Shown here: positions 21,674-32,170 of the stretch, piece by piece | Numbering within the stretch: the first letter of the stretch is position 1 | Layout: every line of letters begins with the position of its first letter | Virus record (IMG/VR): IMGVR_UViG_3300013232_000486 | Length of the DNA: 64,000 nt | Strand: one strand, 5' to 3' | Source of the DNA: a virus | Taxonomy: Duplodnaviria > Heunggongvirae > Uroviricota > Caudoviricetes | Position numbers and translations under genes: made by a program | Notes under the pieces: model-generated | The model's input: only the letters and a program-made list of their open reading frames with translations | Databases searched by the model: none | Told to the model about the DNA's origin: nothing

Positions 21674-22626
21674 ACAAGGCCCTGATTTTCCTGGACGGAG
21701 AGACGTGCAAAGTTGTATTCGGAAACGTTTTGAAGTGTTTCCCGATTTCCGACCACTCAAAGCCAGAGATCGAAAAGTTCTTGGAGAAGATATTCTCCAC
21801 GTATGACGTTAGGGTTGCCACATCCACGGCCAAAACGGACAAGGACGCTTTCGTGTCCGCAATCCAAAAGGCTTCTGGCTCTCAGATGGTTCCCGCGCAA
21901 GCCCCCGCTTCGATGATTGCCAAGGCAAAGCCAATGCCGTCTCCGATGGTGGAGCAAGCAAAGCAACAGAAATCCTCAAGCATGCAAGCTCCCGACTTCG
22001 CAAACCTGAACTGGATGAAGTCTACTGCGGCCACGACCATCGTCATAGACGACTTGCTCACCAATGAAGAGGTTCGCCCAGGAACGGGCATCCGAAAGGC
22101 TTTCGTCATAAGCCCTGGCTTGCCATCAAATCTCCTTGGGATAGACCCACAAGTCGTTCGTCAGTCTAGGATTTTGGCAAATCTCCTCCGCAACGGAACC
22201 CTCGTTCCAATCAGCCAGGCAGAGGCCTTCAGGTTGCAGAACGAGCATGACATCCAGATGAAACGCGAAGAGGATGCCGCCCTCGATGACACGAGTCCGA
22301 TCGTGGACCGCAGATCCATCATGGAAAACGGAATGAGCACGGGAGGCCACGAGGCTCCTCCACTTGACCTCACGAGCGAAGCTGACTTGATGCCAATCAA
22401 GGGAGAAATACCCAACGAAGGGTACGGAACGATGTCCGAACTCATGGAGCAGATCTATGCTCCGCCAAGCGATTCTCCTCCTGAAGAATCTGAAGCCGAA
22501 GTCGTCGAGTTGAATGAGCAGGGAGATATTTCACAGTCGATCCCAGAGAGAGTCGCGCAGCGGCAAGCTTTGCGCCAAGACGTACCAGTAAGACAGCGAG
22601 CTAGCGCCATAAGAAAGCGTGAATAG
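21670..22626 (+). CDS. Hypothetical protein with a central domain shared with the N-termini of 20249 and 37039; acidic disordered C-terminus
   Basis: ATGA overlap with the upstream gene; 318-aa ORF. Confidence 0.7.
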   Translation: MNKALIFLDGETCKVVFGNVLKCFPISDHSKPEIEKFLEKIFSTYDVRVATSTAKTDKDAFVSAIQKASGSQMVPAQAPASMIAKAKPMPSPMVEQAKQQKSSSMQAPDFANLNWMKSTAATTIVIDDLLTNEEVRPGTGIRKAFVISPGLPSNLLGIDPQVVRQSRILANLLRNGTLVPISQAEAFRLQNEHDIQMKREEDAALDDTSPIVDRRSIMENGMSTGGHEAPPLDLTSEADLMPIKGEIPNEGYGTMSELMEQIYAPPSDSPPEESEAEVVELNEQGDISQSIPERVAQRQALRQDVPVRQRASAIRKRE

Positions 22627-22941
22627 ATGAGCGAACAACGAGACAATCAACTGGCAAAGACGCTGTACCTAGAGAACATGTCTTCTATGAAGCAAGTTCT
22701 CAAGCTTGGCGAGTTCAAGATGGGTGGGCGAGACTCCCAAGAATACAAGTACTTCAAGTCGGTCGTCATGGACAAGTTCTACCTCCCGATGCTGGCTTTC
22801 TTTGAACACCTGGAATCCCTCGGACTTCTAGAAAAGTGTTCTTGCGGAACCAGTATTCGCAAGGGGTACAAGACTTGCCAGAAGTGCAATGGATCTGGCT
22901 ATTGCAACACGAAGAAGTTGGACGAGATCATTAAGCCGTAG
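22627..22941 (+). CDS. Hypothetical protein with a C-terminal Cys cluster (possible Zn ribbon)
   Basis: Abuts the upstream stop; CSCG...CQKCNGSGYC. Confidence 0.7.
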   Translation: MSEQRDNQLAKTLYLENMSSMKQVLKLGEFKMGGRDSQEYKYFKSVVMDKFYLPMLAFFEHLESLGLLEKCSCGTSIRKGYKTCQKCNGSGYCNTKKLDEIIKP

Positions 22942-22952
22942 TCCGTATTCCT

Positions 22953-22961
22953 CCGTATTAT
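22953..22961 (+). promoter_or_regulatory. Putative -10-type promoter element CCGTATTAT
   Basis: Intergenic, upstream of the multi-GT gene. The same type of motif occurs at 36197, 45654 and on the - strand at 34455. Confidence 0.45.
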
Positions 22962-23010
22962 CAGACAGTACCGTCACGGCGCTGAACGCGCCCTGCATTG
23001 GAGATAACAC

Positions 23011-26000
23011 ATGCTGAAGGCCGTTCTGCTAATGGATAACCCCACGGTCCCGACGGGGTATGCAAGTACTTGTCGTCTGACGGCGAAAGAACTGAAGAAG
23101 CGCGGATGGGAAGTCTATGCCCTAGGCTTCAACGGTGGTCAGCAAGTAGGTGAAAAGAACGCAACGGTCTTCGAAGCCGCTGGAGTAAACGTAATCAAGA
23201 ACTATGCCATTGACAGGAATAAAGACGCCATCTATGGTGACGCGGAAACGATCCTCAAAGTAGAAAAAGACATAGCTCCAGACATATACTTCTGGCACAA
23301 CGACTCGTACAGGTATAGCTACGTCAAGCAGTTGCCTAACGAGATCATGGAGAAGTCAGTTTTTTGGCTCCCGTTCGAGGGCGAAGCTCCAGATGCCCCC
23401 GGACTCGACATCTTCGGTAGATGCGCCGCCATACGATTCGTGACAAAGCATGCCTTGGATTTGCATGCAGACTTGCTGAAGGGTAAGAACGTCGGATCCA
23501 TTTACCATGCCATAGACCTTGAACACATGAATCCAATCGGATTCGGGGTTCAAAAGAAGATCGCTAAGCGCGAGAAGAAACTGAACGTCGAGGACAAGTT
23601 CGTCGTCAGTCGCGTGGATCGACACCAGCCTAGAAAGTACTGGGATCTTACGCTGAAGGCGTTCGCGCAGTTCGCCAAGGGTAAGGACGACGTCTTCCTT
23701 CTCTGTAAGTGCAATCCACGCGACATCACAATGTATTCTTCGGAACAAGGCGGGATGGACCTGGAGAAGCTTGCCTCGTCTCTTGGCATCGAGAAAAAGA
23801 TCGCGTTTGACGATTGGTTCTTTGACACCTCGTTCATGCCTAGGGCCTTCTACCATCCAGCAGACGTCTTCTTCACCACGACCTCTGGAGAAGGGTTTGG
23901 TCTCGCCTTAGCTGAGGCCATGGCTTGTGGAATCCCCGTCGTGTATCCAAACACTCCCGTTCTCCCGGAGGTCGTCGGCGATGGCGGGATCATGTTTGCC
24001 AGGAAGGAACGGAAGTGGTACGACAAGATGTCCGTATGGCACAACATATCGGACGTTGACGACGCGGCCCGGGCGCTGGAACAGGTATATCAAAATTGGA
24101 AGCTTCCAGAAGATCAGCAGCGTTTGATCAAGACGATAAGCGAGAAGGCTCGCGAAAGAGCCGAACAAAACTTCAGCCCAAAGGTCGTATACGACCAGTG
24201 GGACGAGGTCATGCGCGACGTTGTCGAAAAGCGCGACCTCGTGTCCATCATCACGGTCTTGTACAACGTCAGCGGAAAGGAACAGATATACGGGGAAGAC
24301 GGGATCGAGCATCTTCGGGAAACGATGGAGAAGTACGTCAAGTTCCCATATGAGTGGATAATCGTAGACAATGCCTCTCCAGCCAAAGAAGTAACCCAAG
24401 AATGGTTGTCAAACGCCGCGTCAAAGAATAGGCGCATCAAGCCGATTTTCCTTACCATCAACCGAGGGTACGCTGGAGGAAACAACGCTGGGCTAGAAGT
24501 CGCGTCAGGCAAGAACGTAATTTTGATGAACCCAGACAGCGAGGTCATCCCACCAGAGAAGCATGGCTTCAAGCATGACTTCGTCAAGTTGATGTATGAC
24601 AAGGTTTCCTCAGACCCGAACCTTGGCGTCCTAGGGATGACAATAAACAAGAGAGACGATGTCATGCCAGGGGCTCAGTTCCCCTATTTCTGCTGCGTCA
24701 TGATCTCCAAGGCGTGCTTGGATGCTATCAAGACTCCAGATGGCAAATGGCTCGACGAGAACTTCTGGCCAGCTTACTACGAGGATCTGGATCTCTGCAT
24801 CAGGGCTCAGGCGAGAGGCTTCTCCATCGCCGAGGACAAGACCTTGCCGTTCTGGCATAAGAGTGGAGGAACGAACAAGTATCTCGTTCAGAAGGCTGTT
24901 TCCGAGCCAGCCATCAAGTCTTTGCTGCATGGACTTGAGAGGCTGAAGAAGGAAAACAGGATGCCGTTGGACTTCGAGAGGAAGTTTGGCGAAATCGCCT
25001 CTGGAGGAATGCAAGGACTCATTGAAGGCAACATCAAGTACCTGAATTCCAAGTGGGGCGTCTCGGCAAGACAGAAGGTTCGACTCGTCTGGGATACGCA
25101 TATCGGCGAGGCCGTCGGGTTCTCCGAGATCGCAGAAGGCTTGATCCCAGAATTGCACGCTCTTGGTTTTGATATCTATGTGAACGACTGGACGAACGGA
25201 TCAAAAATCAAGAATCCGCTCATCAAGCAGTTGTGGGAGAAGACGAAGAAGGTCAAGGAGTCTGGCGATGACCTTTACGACGCCATTCACATCATTTGTT
25301 GGTTGATGGAAACGTTCGCGGACGTCGACGGATCATACAAGGTCGGCATTTCTCTTTGCGAGAGCACGAAGGTAAGAAGCTCGTACCTCCACTTGTGCAA
25401 CTCAACGGATCACATCCTCACGTTCTCGAACTTCTGCAAAGGCGTTCAGAAGAACTCTGGGTTCTTGTCTCCGATCCACGTCGCAACTCCTGGAATATCA
25501 ACTGCTTACATAAACCACCACGAGCGTCCATCGCTTGCTGATATCGTCAAGAACGGGAAGTTCACGTTCCTTACTGTCGGGGTCAGCCAAGAGCGCAAAG
25601 ACACGTTCCGCCTTGTCGAGGCCTTCTGCGAGGCCTTCCCGAAGGGTCACAAATTCCCGCCAGAACGCGGGGAGAGCTTCCCAATAACGTGCGACCAGAT
25701 AGAACTGGTTCTGAAGTCGAACAACTTCGGCGAGTTGAACTGGGTTCACGAGAGGGGATACTCGGCGAGAGCCAACATCAGGACGATCTTCACGGGATGG
25801 GATAAACGAGCCGAACGCCCAGACTTGACCACCGAAGAAATGTACGACTTGTATTGCAACTCCCACGCGCTGGTTCATCCGAGCCATGGAGAAGGCATCG
25901 GGATGCCGATCCTCGAGGCTGCGGCTACGGGAATGCCAGTCATCTTCACAAACTGGTCCAGTCCAGCCGAGTACCTTGATGAGTCGAATTCGTACCCGAT

Positions 26001-28536
26001 CTCGCTCAGCCCGTACCCAGGAACGACGCTCACGGCGGCCTATAACGGAGCGCCTGGTGACAACGGGCTATGGGCCAACATGCATGTCGGCCACATGAAG
26101 CATTTGATGTACACGGTGATATCCGAATGGGAAGACGCCAAGAAAAAAGGCCGCAAAGCGCACGAGAAAATCAAGGCTTGCTATAATTGGAAGGACTCGG
26201 CTCTCAAGCTGTGGCCAGTCATCATGGAGTGGGAAGACTGCCGAAAGAACAAGCCTAAACGAGACACGCAGTTCGATCCGATGACTTTTGAGAAGCCAAA
26301 GTTGGATCCAGTCCAGCGGAACGACAGGATACTGATCGATGTGGCTACCAGAGACAGGCATTCTTACCTGTCATGCCTGCTGATCAGTTTGCTCAATCAA
26401 TCCTTCAAGAACTGGGATATCGTAATTCAAGTCGACGACGCTGACGAGTCGATCTTGCAAGATCATTTGATCATGACTCTTATGGGAAGGCTCCAGAATG
26501 AGGGTCATGGATGGAGGATGAACCGCTCCCATCGCCAAGGGCCACATATCGCTCACCAGCGAACACTACAGATGGCCATTGACGATAACAAGAGGACGAA
26601 GGGCAAGTACAAGCTCATTTGCCGAATAGACGATGACATTTACGTGCAACCAAACTACCTCGAGAAGCTATTTAACGAGTTCCTTGCAGACCCGAATTGT
26701 GAATTAGGAGCCGTCAGTGGCGTGTACCTTGATCCGAAGAGGTCTGACGCTGAACAATTCGCTCCGAAGAACTACAAGGACGACATAAACTACGCTGGTT
26801 TGATCGACCATAACGTCCCATGGCCGTATATCTGTAGGTATCCAGAAGGGACCAAGCCACGTAACGTCGAGCATCTCTACTCAAGCTATCTTTACCGCGT
26901 CGAGGTTGCAGAGGCCATCGGCGGGTACTGCAAGCTGTTCTCGCAGATCGGCCATCGTGAGGAGTCTGACTTCAGCTATCGCTTCTGGCTGGCTGGATTC
27001 CAATTGAAAATCCACCCAGAGGCCATCGGGTACCACTTCAGCGCCCCGAACTCTGGCATTAGGTCGATCGACATCAACGAGAAGAACGCGCTGGCAGAGA
27101 CCGACCACAAGATTTACTCCAGAAGGCTTCACAGATGGAAACAACGAGCGACTGAGAGGAGAAACACCGAGCATCAGAAGCGCATGGCCATGGAAAAAGA
27201 GGCAATAGAGAAAAGGCCAAAACCCGAAACGAGCAAGCTGACATGCGTGATAAACAGCGGAGATAACCCTGAGATCATAAAGTCGGCCATCAGGCGTTTT
27301 GCCAAAGTAGCAGACTCCATTTACGTGACGTGTGAGCTATCGTCAAAGGACTTGTTGTCAGACATATTCTCTGAGCCTGGAATGGCCATGAAGATCAAGT
27401 CTATCGGAACCACCGTAGAGGAGTCCGCTGGCATAGCTCAGACGGTCGCGGCCCTTGGAGACCATGAGTTCGTTATGACGGTCTCAGACCTGATGACGTT
27501 TAAGACGGATCCAAGGAGCATCCTATCTCCGAATTACGACGAGTACGTGTTCGAGGTATACGAGACGTATCGGTCTGGAACCACGAACGGAAACATGTTC
27601 TCTCCAGACGATTCGGCTCCAGTGATGATTGGAAGGGAGTGTCGGAACCAGTGTCTGATCTTCAGGCGTAACTGTGGCAAGCCATCCATAGAAAGAATCC
27701 TCTACAGCGACATCATGGTCATTGAGGACACAAAGCATATCCCCGAGAAGGGAATGTCTAGATATGGACAGTCTTTGGTCAGGCTCGACGCAATCGGCTC
27801 GATCGACTGGACGAAGATCTGCGTGTTCCAGCATCCAGACGGACAACTCAGTAAATGGGCGGTCCAAGACATCACAAACGGATCGCCTCTCGTTTCAATT
27901 GTAATCCCGACTCCTGGCAGGAAGGCGCATTTGAAACGCTGCATTGACAGCATCTACGCGTACACGACGACCTCATTCGAGCTGATCATCGTCGACAATG
28001 CGAGTTCCGACGGAACAGCCGAGATGCTTGAGAATGAAGCAAAGGTTCGCCCAAACATAGTCGTCCTCCGACAAGATAAGAACCTGGGATTCCAAAAGGG
28101 CATCAATATCGGAGTCGGGAAGTCCCGTGGCAAGTACGTCCTCTTGTTTAATGATGACGCTTGGGTTGAGAAGCCAGAGCCAGACGGAGGAGATTGGCTT
28201 GGCGTCCTAATCAATGAGCTTGAAGCCAATCCGAAGATAGGCATCGTCGGCCCACACGAGGATGTCAGTCCCGCGCTTGGAAAGAAAATCCTTTTGTTCT
28301 GGTGCGTGATGATGAGGAAGAAGACGTGGGATGACGTCGGGCCACTTGATGATGTCACCTTCTTGAACTATGGCGGAGATGACGACTACTGCGAGCGGCT
28401 GAAGGCCAAGGGCTACGAGATAAAGTGCAAGTATGTACACTTGCGTCATCTGATGAACCTAGTTCCTCAGAGCGTAAAGAACAGGGAACTTGAGGAGAGT
28501 CGAGTTAAGTTGAGGAGCAAGTACAACGTCAGCTAA
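23011..28536 (+). CDS. 1841-aa multi-glycosyltransferase: GT4-GT2-GT4-GT2-(degenerate GT2-like)-GT2
   Basis: GT4 motifs TTSGEGFGLALAEAMACG and SHGEGIGMPILEAAATG. GT2 motifs VSIITVLYN/IIVDNAS/NPD/YYEDLDLC, RIDDD/REESDFSYR, and VSIVIPT/IIVDNASSDGT/FNDD/GGDDDYC. SD GGAG. Confidence 0.92.
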   Translation: MLKAVLLMDNPTVPTGYASTCRLTAKELKKRGWEVYALGFNGGQQVGEKNATVFEAAGVNVIKNYAIDRNKDAIYGDAETILKVEKDIAPDIYFWHNDSYRYSYVKQLPNEIMEKSVFWLPFEGEAPDAPGLDIFGRCAAIRFVTKHALDLHADLLKGKNVGSIYHAIDLEHMNPIGFGVQKKIAKREKKLNVEDKFVVSRVDRHQPRKYWDLTLKAFAQFAKGKDDVFLLCKCNPRDITMYSSEQGGMDLEKLASSLGIEKKIAFDDWFFDTSFMPRAFYHPADVFFTTTSGEGFGLALAEAMACGIPVVYPNTPVLPEVVGDGGIMFARKERKWYDKMSVWHNISDVDDAARALEQVYQNWKLPEDQQRLIKTISEKARERAEQNFSPKVVYDQWDEVMRDVVEKRDLVSIITVLYNVSGKEQIYGEDGIEHLRETMEKYVKFPYEWIIVDNASPAKEVTQEWLSNAASKNRRIKPIFLTINRGYAGGNNAGLEVASGKNVILMNPDSEVIPPEKHGFKHDFVKLMYDKVSSDPNLGVLGMTINKRDDVMPGAQFPYFCCVMISKACLDAIKTPDGKWLDENFWPAYYEDLDLCIRAQARGFSIAEDKTLPFWHKSGGTNKYLVQKAVSEPAIKSLLHGLERLKKENRMPLDFERKFGEIASGGMQGLIEGNIKYLNSKWGVSARQKVRLVWDTHIGEAVGFSEIAEGLIPELHALGFDIYVNDWTNGSKIKNPLIKQLWEKTKKVKESGDDLYDAIHIICWLMETFADVDGSYKVGISLCESTKVRSSYLHLCNSTDHILTFSNFCKGVQKNSGFLSPIHVATPGISTAYINHHERPSLADIVKNGKFTFLTVGVSQERKDTFRLVEAFCEAFPKGHKFPPERGESFPITCDQIELVLKSNNFGELNWVHERGYSARANIRTIFTGWDKRAERPDLTTEEMYDLYCNSHALVHPSHGEGIGMPILEAAATGMPVIFTNWSSPAEYLDESNSYPISLSPYPGTTLTAAYNGAPGDNGLWANMHVGHMKHLMYTVISEWEDAKKKGRKAHEKIKACYNWKDSALKLWPVIMEWEDCRKNKPKRDTQFDPMTFEKPKLDPVQRNDRILIDVATRDRHSYLSCLLISLLNQSFKNWDIVIQVDDADESILQDHLIMTLMGRLQNEGHGWRMNRSHRQGPHIAHQRTLQMAIDDNKRTKGKYKLICRIDDDIYVQPNYLEKLFNEFLADPNCELGAVSGVYLDPKRSDAEQFAPKNYKDDINYAGLIDHNVPWPYICRYPEGTKPRNVEHLYSSYLYRVEVAEAIGGYCKLFSQIGHREESDFSYRFWLAGFQLKIHPEAIGYHFSAPNSGIRSIDINEKNALAETDHKIYSRRLHRWKQRATERRNTEHQKRMAMEKEAIEKRPKPETSKLTCVINSGDNPEIIKSAIRRFAKVADSIYVTCELSSKDLLSDIFSEPGMAMKIKSIGTTVEESAGIAQTVAALGDHEFVMTVSDLMTFKTDPRSILSPNYDEYVFEVYETYRSGTTNGNMFSPDDSAPVMIGRECRNQCLIFRRNCGKPSIERILYSDIMVIEDTKHIPEKGMSRYGQSLVRLDAIGSIDWTKICVFQHPDGQLSKWAVQDITNGSPLVSIVIPTPGRKAHLKRCIDSIYAYTTTSFELIIVDNASSDGTAEMLENEAKVRPNIVVLRQDKNLGFQKGINIGVGKSRGKYVLLFNDDAWVEKPEPDGGDWLGVLINELEANPKIGIVGPHEDVSPALGKKILLFWCVMMRKKTWDDVGPLDDVTFLNYGGDDDYCERLKAKGYEIKCKYVHLRHLMNLVPQSVKNRELEESRVKLRSKYNVS

Positions 28537-29039
28537 GACTTGAACCCAGACGTCTTTGCGATCGTCTTTACGCTGGCGAAGGCCATTCCAGGACTCATCA
28601 CCGATTGGAGGGCCTCGTTAATGGCCATCCATAGCTCTTTTTTGCTCAGGCTTACTTGCCTTCCGTCATTCCGTGTATAAATGAATCCATGCTCTGGACG
28701 ACTCGGATCTGGTTCCGTTATCTCTTGCGCAACGCTTCGCATAATCGGGGTAAGCTGCTCCATCAATGTTTCGTTCTCAATGGACTGCAACGAGAACGGA
28801 AGGTCCATCTTTATCTCTGGCTTAAGCCTCTTCGGGTCCGTTTCCGTTTCTAACTGGAGCCTTCTGCTGGCCTCGTACTCCTCTAATTTTTTGAGGAGCC
28901 TGTCCCTAGCCTTGGACTTGATCTCCTCGATGTCATACTCGGAGATCGCAGCCAGCTTCTTTATTTCAGAGGCGAATTTCTCAGCCATCTGAGCCACTAC
29001 CTCCGTTCTTTCGAACAGCCTCGTAGCAATAGTCACCAT
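28533..29039 (-). CDS. Hypothetical helical protein
   Basis: SD GAGAGG before ATG; has its own AGGA-N18-GAA motif; converges on the GT gene. Confidence 0.7.
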   Translation of the reverse strand: MVTIATRLFERTEVVAQMAEKFASEIKKLAAISEYDIEEIKSKARDRLLKKLEEYEASRRLQLETETDPKRLKPEIKMDLPFSLQSIENETLMEQLTPIMRSVAQEITEPDPSRPEHGFIYTRNDGRQVSLSKKELWMAINEALQSVMSPGMAFASVKTIAKTSGFKS

Positions 29040-29080
29040 GAGCTTTCCTCTCTCAACTCACTCATGCTTCCTTAATGGAC

Positions 29081-29105
29081 TTCGAATCGTCTCGGTGGTG
29101 TTCCT
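29081..29105 (-). promoter_or_regulatory. AGGA-N18-GAA promoter motif (left member of a divergent pair)
   Basis: The - strand reads AGGA acaccaccgagacgattc GAAG upstream of 29039. Confidence 0.6.
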
Positions 29106-29108
29106 TCA

Positions 29109-29133
29109 AGGATTTAGCCCTTAGCATAGAGAA
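29109..29133 (+). promoter_or_regulatory. AGGA-N18-GAA promoter motif (right member of a divergent pair)
   Basis: AGGA tttagcccttagcataga GAAC upstream of 29155. Confidence 0.6.
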
Positions 29134-29154
29134 CAAGCCTCTAGGAGACCCCTC

Positions 29155-30135
29155 ATGGCCGACACTCTCTATTTCACCGCTGGCCAGCTAGCAGCGTTGA
29201 CCGCCTTGTTCACGACATCGCCAAGCGGCCAGCCCATAGACGTACCAGACGCGCAAGTACAAGTTTTCGGGTCTGGTGGCGACACGATCATGGGTCCAGT
29301 CAGCATGACTCAGATCGTAACTGGGTTCTACTTCTATGATTGGGTCATCCCGAACTCGACTCCAGTTGGCGCGTATACCGTCAAGTACTCTGGAACGGTG
29401 CTTGGCATCCCCACGGCATCCATCGGAAACATCCAAGTATTCCCATATGGAACGCCCGCTGGCGTGACGATGACCCCGCAGCAAGTCGCCTTGATCGCTG
29501 GCCTCGAAACGTATTTGGGATGCATGCAAGCAATTCCCGTGTATAGCGAGGTGGCCAGGAGGAATTCCACAAGGTCGGAGTTCCAGTTCACCTTCCCCAG
29601 ATGGAACATGAGTAACCATTCCGTCTTCGTGAACAACGAGGAAGTCACGTCTGGATTTGCGATTGACACTGACGCTGGACGCATCAGATTCGACTCTCCG
29701 CTGCTGGATTCCGATGCCGTTCGAGCCACGTATACGTTCAGGTTCTTTTCTTCCACCGACTTACTAAGGTTCATCAACGACGCCATCAACAACCTGAACG
29801 TCGGCCCTCCGCTATATTCTTGGACTCCAGAGACCTTGCCTTCGCAGATGTTTGGTGTTATCATGCAAGGGGCTGCGGCGCTGGCCATTCAGAAGCTCTT
29901 GATGTGCTGGAGCATCCAGCAGATCAGGAAGATCTTCGGTGACAAGGACGCGCAAGCCGTGCAGTCGAACTGGCAGTCGTTGAAGCAGAACTACGAGGAG
30001 CAGTTCAAGGAGTTGAGGGCTCAGGCAAAGATCAGCAGATACCCGACCCCAGCGGCGGTCATCGCGCCAGAGTACACGCTGCCAGGCGGAAGGTCGAGGT
30101 GGTTCCGCTACCTGTTCTCCTCATCTCTTGGCTAA
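29155..30135 (+). CDS. Probable virion structural protein (neck/head-tail adaptor-like) with Ig-like N-terminus
   Basis: SD TAGGAG; FAIDTDAGRIRFDSPL module shared with the tail proteins; helical C-terminal part (FSSTDLLRFINDAINNLN) resembles head-tail connectors. Confidence 0.5.
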   Translation: MADTLYFTAGQLAALTALFTTSPSGQPIDVPDAQVQVFGSGGDTIMGPVSMTQIVTGFYFYDWVIPNSTPVGAYTVKYSGTVLGIPTASIGNIQVFPYGTPAGVTMTPQQVALIAGLETYLGCMQAIPVYSEVARRNSTRSEFQFTFPRWNMSNHSVFVNNEEVTSGFAIDTDAGRIRFDSPLLDSDAVRATYTFRFFSSTDLLRFINDAINNLNVGPPLYSWTPETLPSQMFGVIMQGAAALAIQKLLMCWSIQQIRKIFGDKDAQAVQSNWQSLKQNYEEQFKELRAQAKISRYPTPAAVIAPEYTLPGGRSRWFRYLFSSSLG

Positions 30136-30149
30136 GCAGGGGACTTGAA

Positions 30150-31856
30150 GTGATAATCATCCAAGCCGCTGAGGCTCCCAAGATAAGCCTTTCGCCAAAC
30201 GAGCAGAAGATATTCTCTTTCCTGCTCGAGGCCAATCAGAAACTCGGATTGAATTCCACCATGCGCGTGGCTGGTGGATGGGTTCGTGATAAGCTCCTCG
30301 GCAAAGACAGCAACGACATCGATGTCGCCATCGATAACATGAAGGGCGAGGACTTTGCCAATCAACTCAAGAAACTTGAGGGGCACCCAGCAGTTGGAAA
30401 GTCATACGTCGTAAAAGAGAATCCAGAACAATCAAAGCTGATTGGCAGCGCCAACGTGGTCATCTATGGCGAGCCGATCGACTTCGTGAACTTGCGAAAA
30501 GACGAGTACGATAAGGATTCAAGGATCCCTACTACGACAATGGCTACCCCACAAGAGGATGCCTTGCGTCGTGATCTTACCATCAACGCCATCTTCTATA
30601 ACATAAACAGTGGCCAAGTCGAGGATTATGTAAATGGAATCCAAGACTTGTCCACCATGACGCTCCGTACCCCAAGGGAACCAATCTTGTTGCTTCGTGA
30701 GGATCCTCTTCGCGCCTTGCGTTGGCTCAGGTTCTTTTCAAGGTATAAGGACGCAAAGATTGACCCCTCGCTCGTGGAGGCTCTCGCCAGTTCAGAGCTT
30801 CACGAAATGTACAAGACTAAGGTCAGCCCAACCAGAGCATTCCCAGAACTGAAGAAGTTAATGGAAGGCAGCAAGCCAGGGGAAGCCTTACGGGTTTTGT
30901 TTGACACTGGATTGTACAAGGCAGTCTTCAACACCCCGAAGTTCAGGGAATTATCAGACCTCAAAATGGACCAGAAGAACAAGCATCACGTCCATAATCT
31001 GATGGATCACACGTTTAACGTCATGGACGGCTTGAACAAAATAATGATTTCAGAGGGCGTCGATCCAGAGACGCGGATGCTCATGAACTTCGCGGCCATG
31101 TTCCACGATTTCGGAAAGGCTGGCCCGCAAGCGTTCGGAAAACCTGATAGCCCGAGGGTACAACAGCCTCATCCATCTCGCCCCGAAGAGATGATGTACA
31201 AGGGACACGAGAACGTATCTTCCGAGGTCGCAGACGAAATCCTCAAGACCATTGGTCTTGGGTCAAAGGCCAGACGATTCGTCTCCCAGATCATTGATAA
31301 CCACATGCTCCACGAATGGCCAGAGGCCGTTCCTGGTGTACCGTCAAGACAGACGAAGAAGCAGCAGCGCAAGTACTTCGAGAAAATGCATAGTCTTCTC
31401 TCTGGCCTTAAGCCAATCGAGAAGGGAACCGAGAACGACAAGCTGCCCTCTCGGCCCTATGGCGTCGACGAGTTGGCGAACCTGGCCATGATGCATGTTC
31501 GCTCAGACATCCTCGGGACTGGGCCTGGGCGCGAGCAAGAAGCCGAGCGAATCAAGCAACACCAAGAGAATCTGAAGCAGTACTACCCATTCTGGTCTTC
31601 CCTTCGCCCGCTTGTCAGGGGAGACGAGATCATCACGATGTTCCCGGCCCTAAAGGTCGGGAACACCGTTGATGGAAAGTCCTTTGTTGTCGATATAATA
31701 GAGAGGCTGAAGTTGGCGCAAGCTAACGGACAAATTTCGACGAGGGAAGAAGCCTTGAGTATGATCCAGCAGATGAGAGGCGGGATCATGGACAAGTACG
31801 GAAAGCCGAAGTCGGCCATTGCTTCGTGGTTTAACCGCATCGAGCAAGAAGGCTAA
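30150..31856 (+). CDS. cca: Class II tRNA nucleotidyltransferase (CCA-adding enzyme) with HD domain
   Basis: GTG at 30150 after AGGGG. Motifs RVAGGWVRD..DIDV, DALRRDLTINA and EDPLR; HD residues HTF..FHDFGK..GHE..NHM..D. No poly(A) polymerase GRRF signature. Confidence 0.9.
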   Translation: MIIIQAAEAPKISLSPNEQKIFSFLLEANQKLGLNSTMRVAGGWVRDKLLGKDSNDIDVAIDNMKGEDFANQLKKLEGHPAVGKSYVVKENPEQSKLIGSANVVIYGEPIDFVNLRKDEYDKDSRIPTTTMATPQEDALRRDLTINAIFYNINSGQVEDYVNGIQDLSTMTLRTPREPILLLREDPLRALRWLRFFSRYKDAKIDPSLVEALASSELHEMYKTKVSPTRAFPELKKLMEGSKPGEALRVLFDTGLYKAVFNTPKFRELSDLKMDQKNKHHVHNLMDHTFNVMDGLNKIMISEGVDPETRMLMNFAAMFHDFGKAGPQAFGKPDSPRVQQPHPSRPEEMMYKGHENVSSEVADEILKTIGLGSKARRFVSQIIDNHMLHEWPEAVPGVPSRQTKKQQRKYFEKMHSLLSGLKPIEKGTENDKLPSRPYGVDELANLAMMHVRSDILGTGPGREQEAERIKQHQENLKQYYPFWSSLRPLVRGDEIITMFPALKVGNTVDGKSFVVDIIERLKLAQANGQISTREEALSMIQQMRGGIMDKYGKPKSAIASWFNRIEQEG

Positions 31857-32170
31857 TGATAGTAAAGTTTGACATGGTGTTGATCGGATGCCTTTTAAGG
31901 TCGCATATCCACCCACCGCGACCAAAGCCGCCAGTCTTTGTCACAGTCATGACCGAAAGCGGCCCACAACTAATGAAGTGTGAGAAGAATCGTTGTCACG
32001 ACGCCTATGGCGCAGAGCCGTCCGTCGCCGTTGGCGAGCTTGCAATCTCAGAAATGCCTGACTGGCTCAAAGAGGAGCTTGTCAGAGGGCAAGTCATCTC
32101 AATGGAGAGAAGTGACTATGCAAACCTGCCTGGTTCCGTCCGCAGCTTCGCGGAGGTCATGGCTTACTAA
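31856..32170 (+). CDS. Hypothetical protein
   Basis: TAATG coupling to cca; fills the gap before phoH. Confidence 0.6.
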   Translation: MIVKFDMVLIGCLLRSHIHPPRPKPPVFVTVMTESGPQLMKCEKNRCHDAYGAEPSVAVGELAISEMPDWLKEELVRGQVISMERSDYANLPGSVRSFAEVMAY

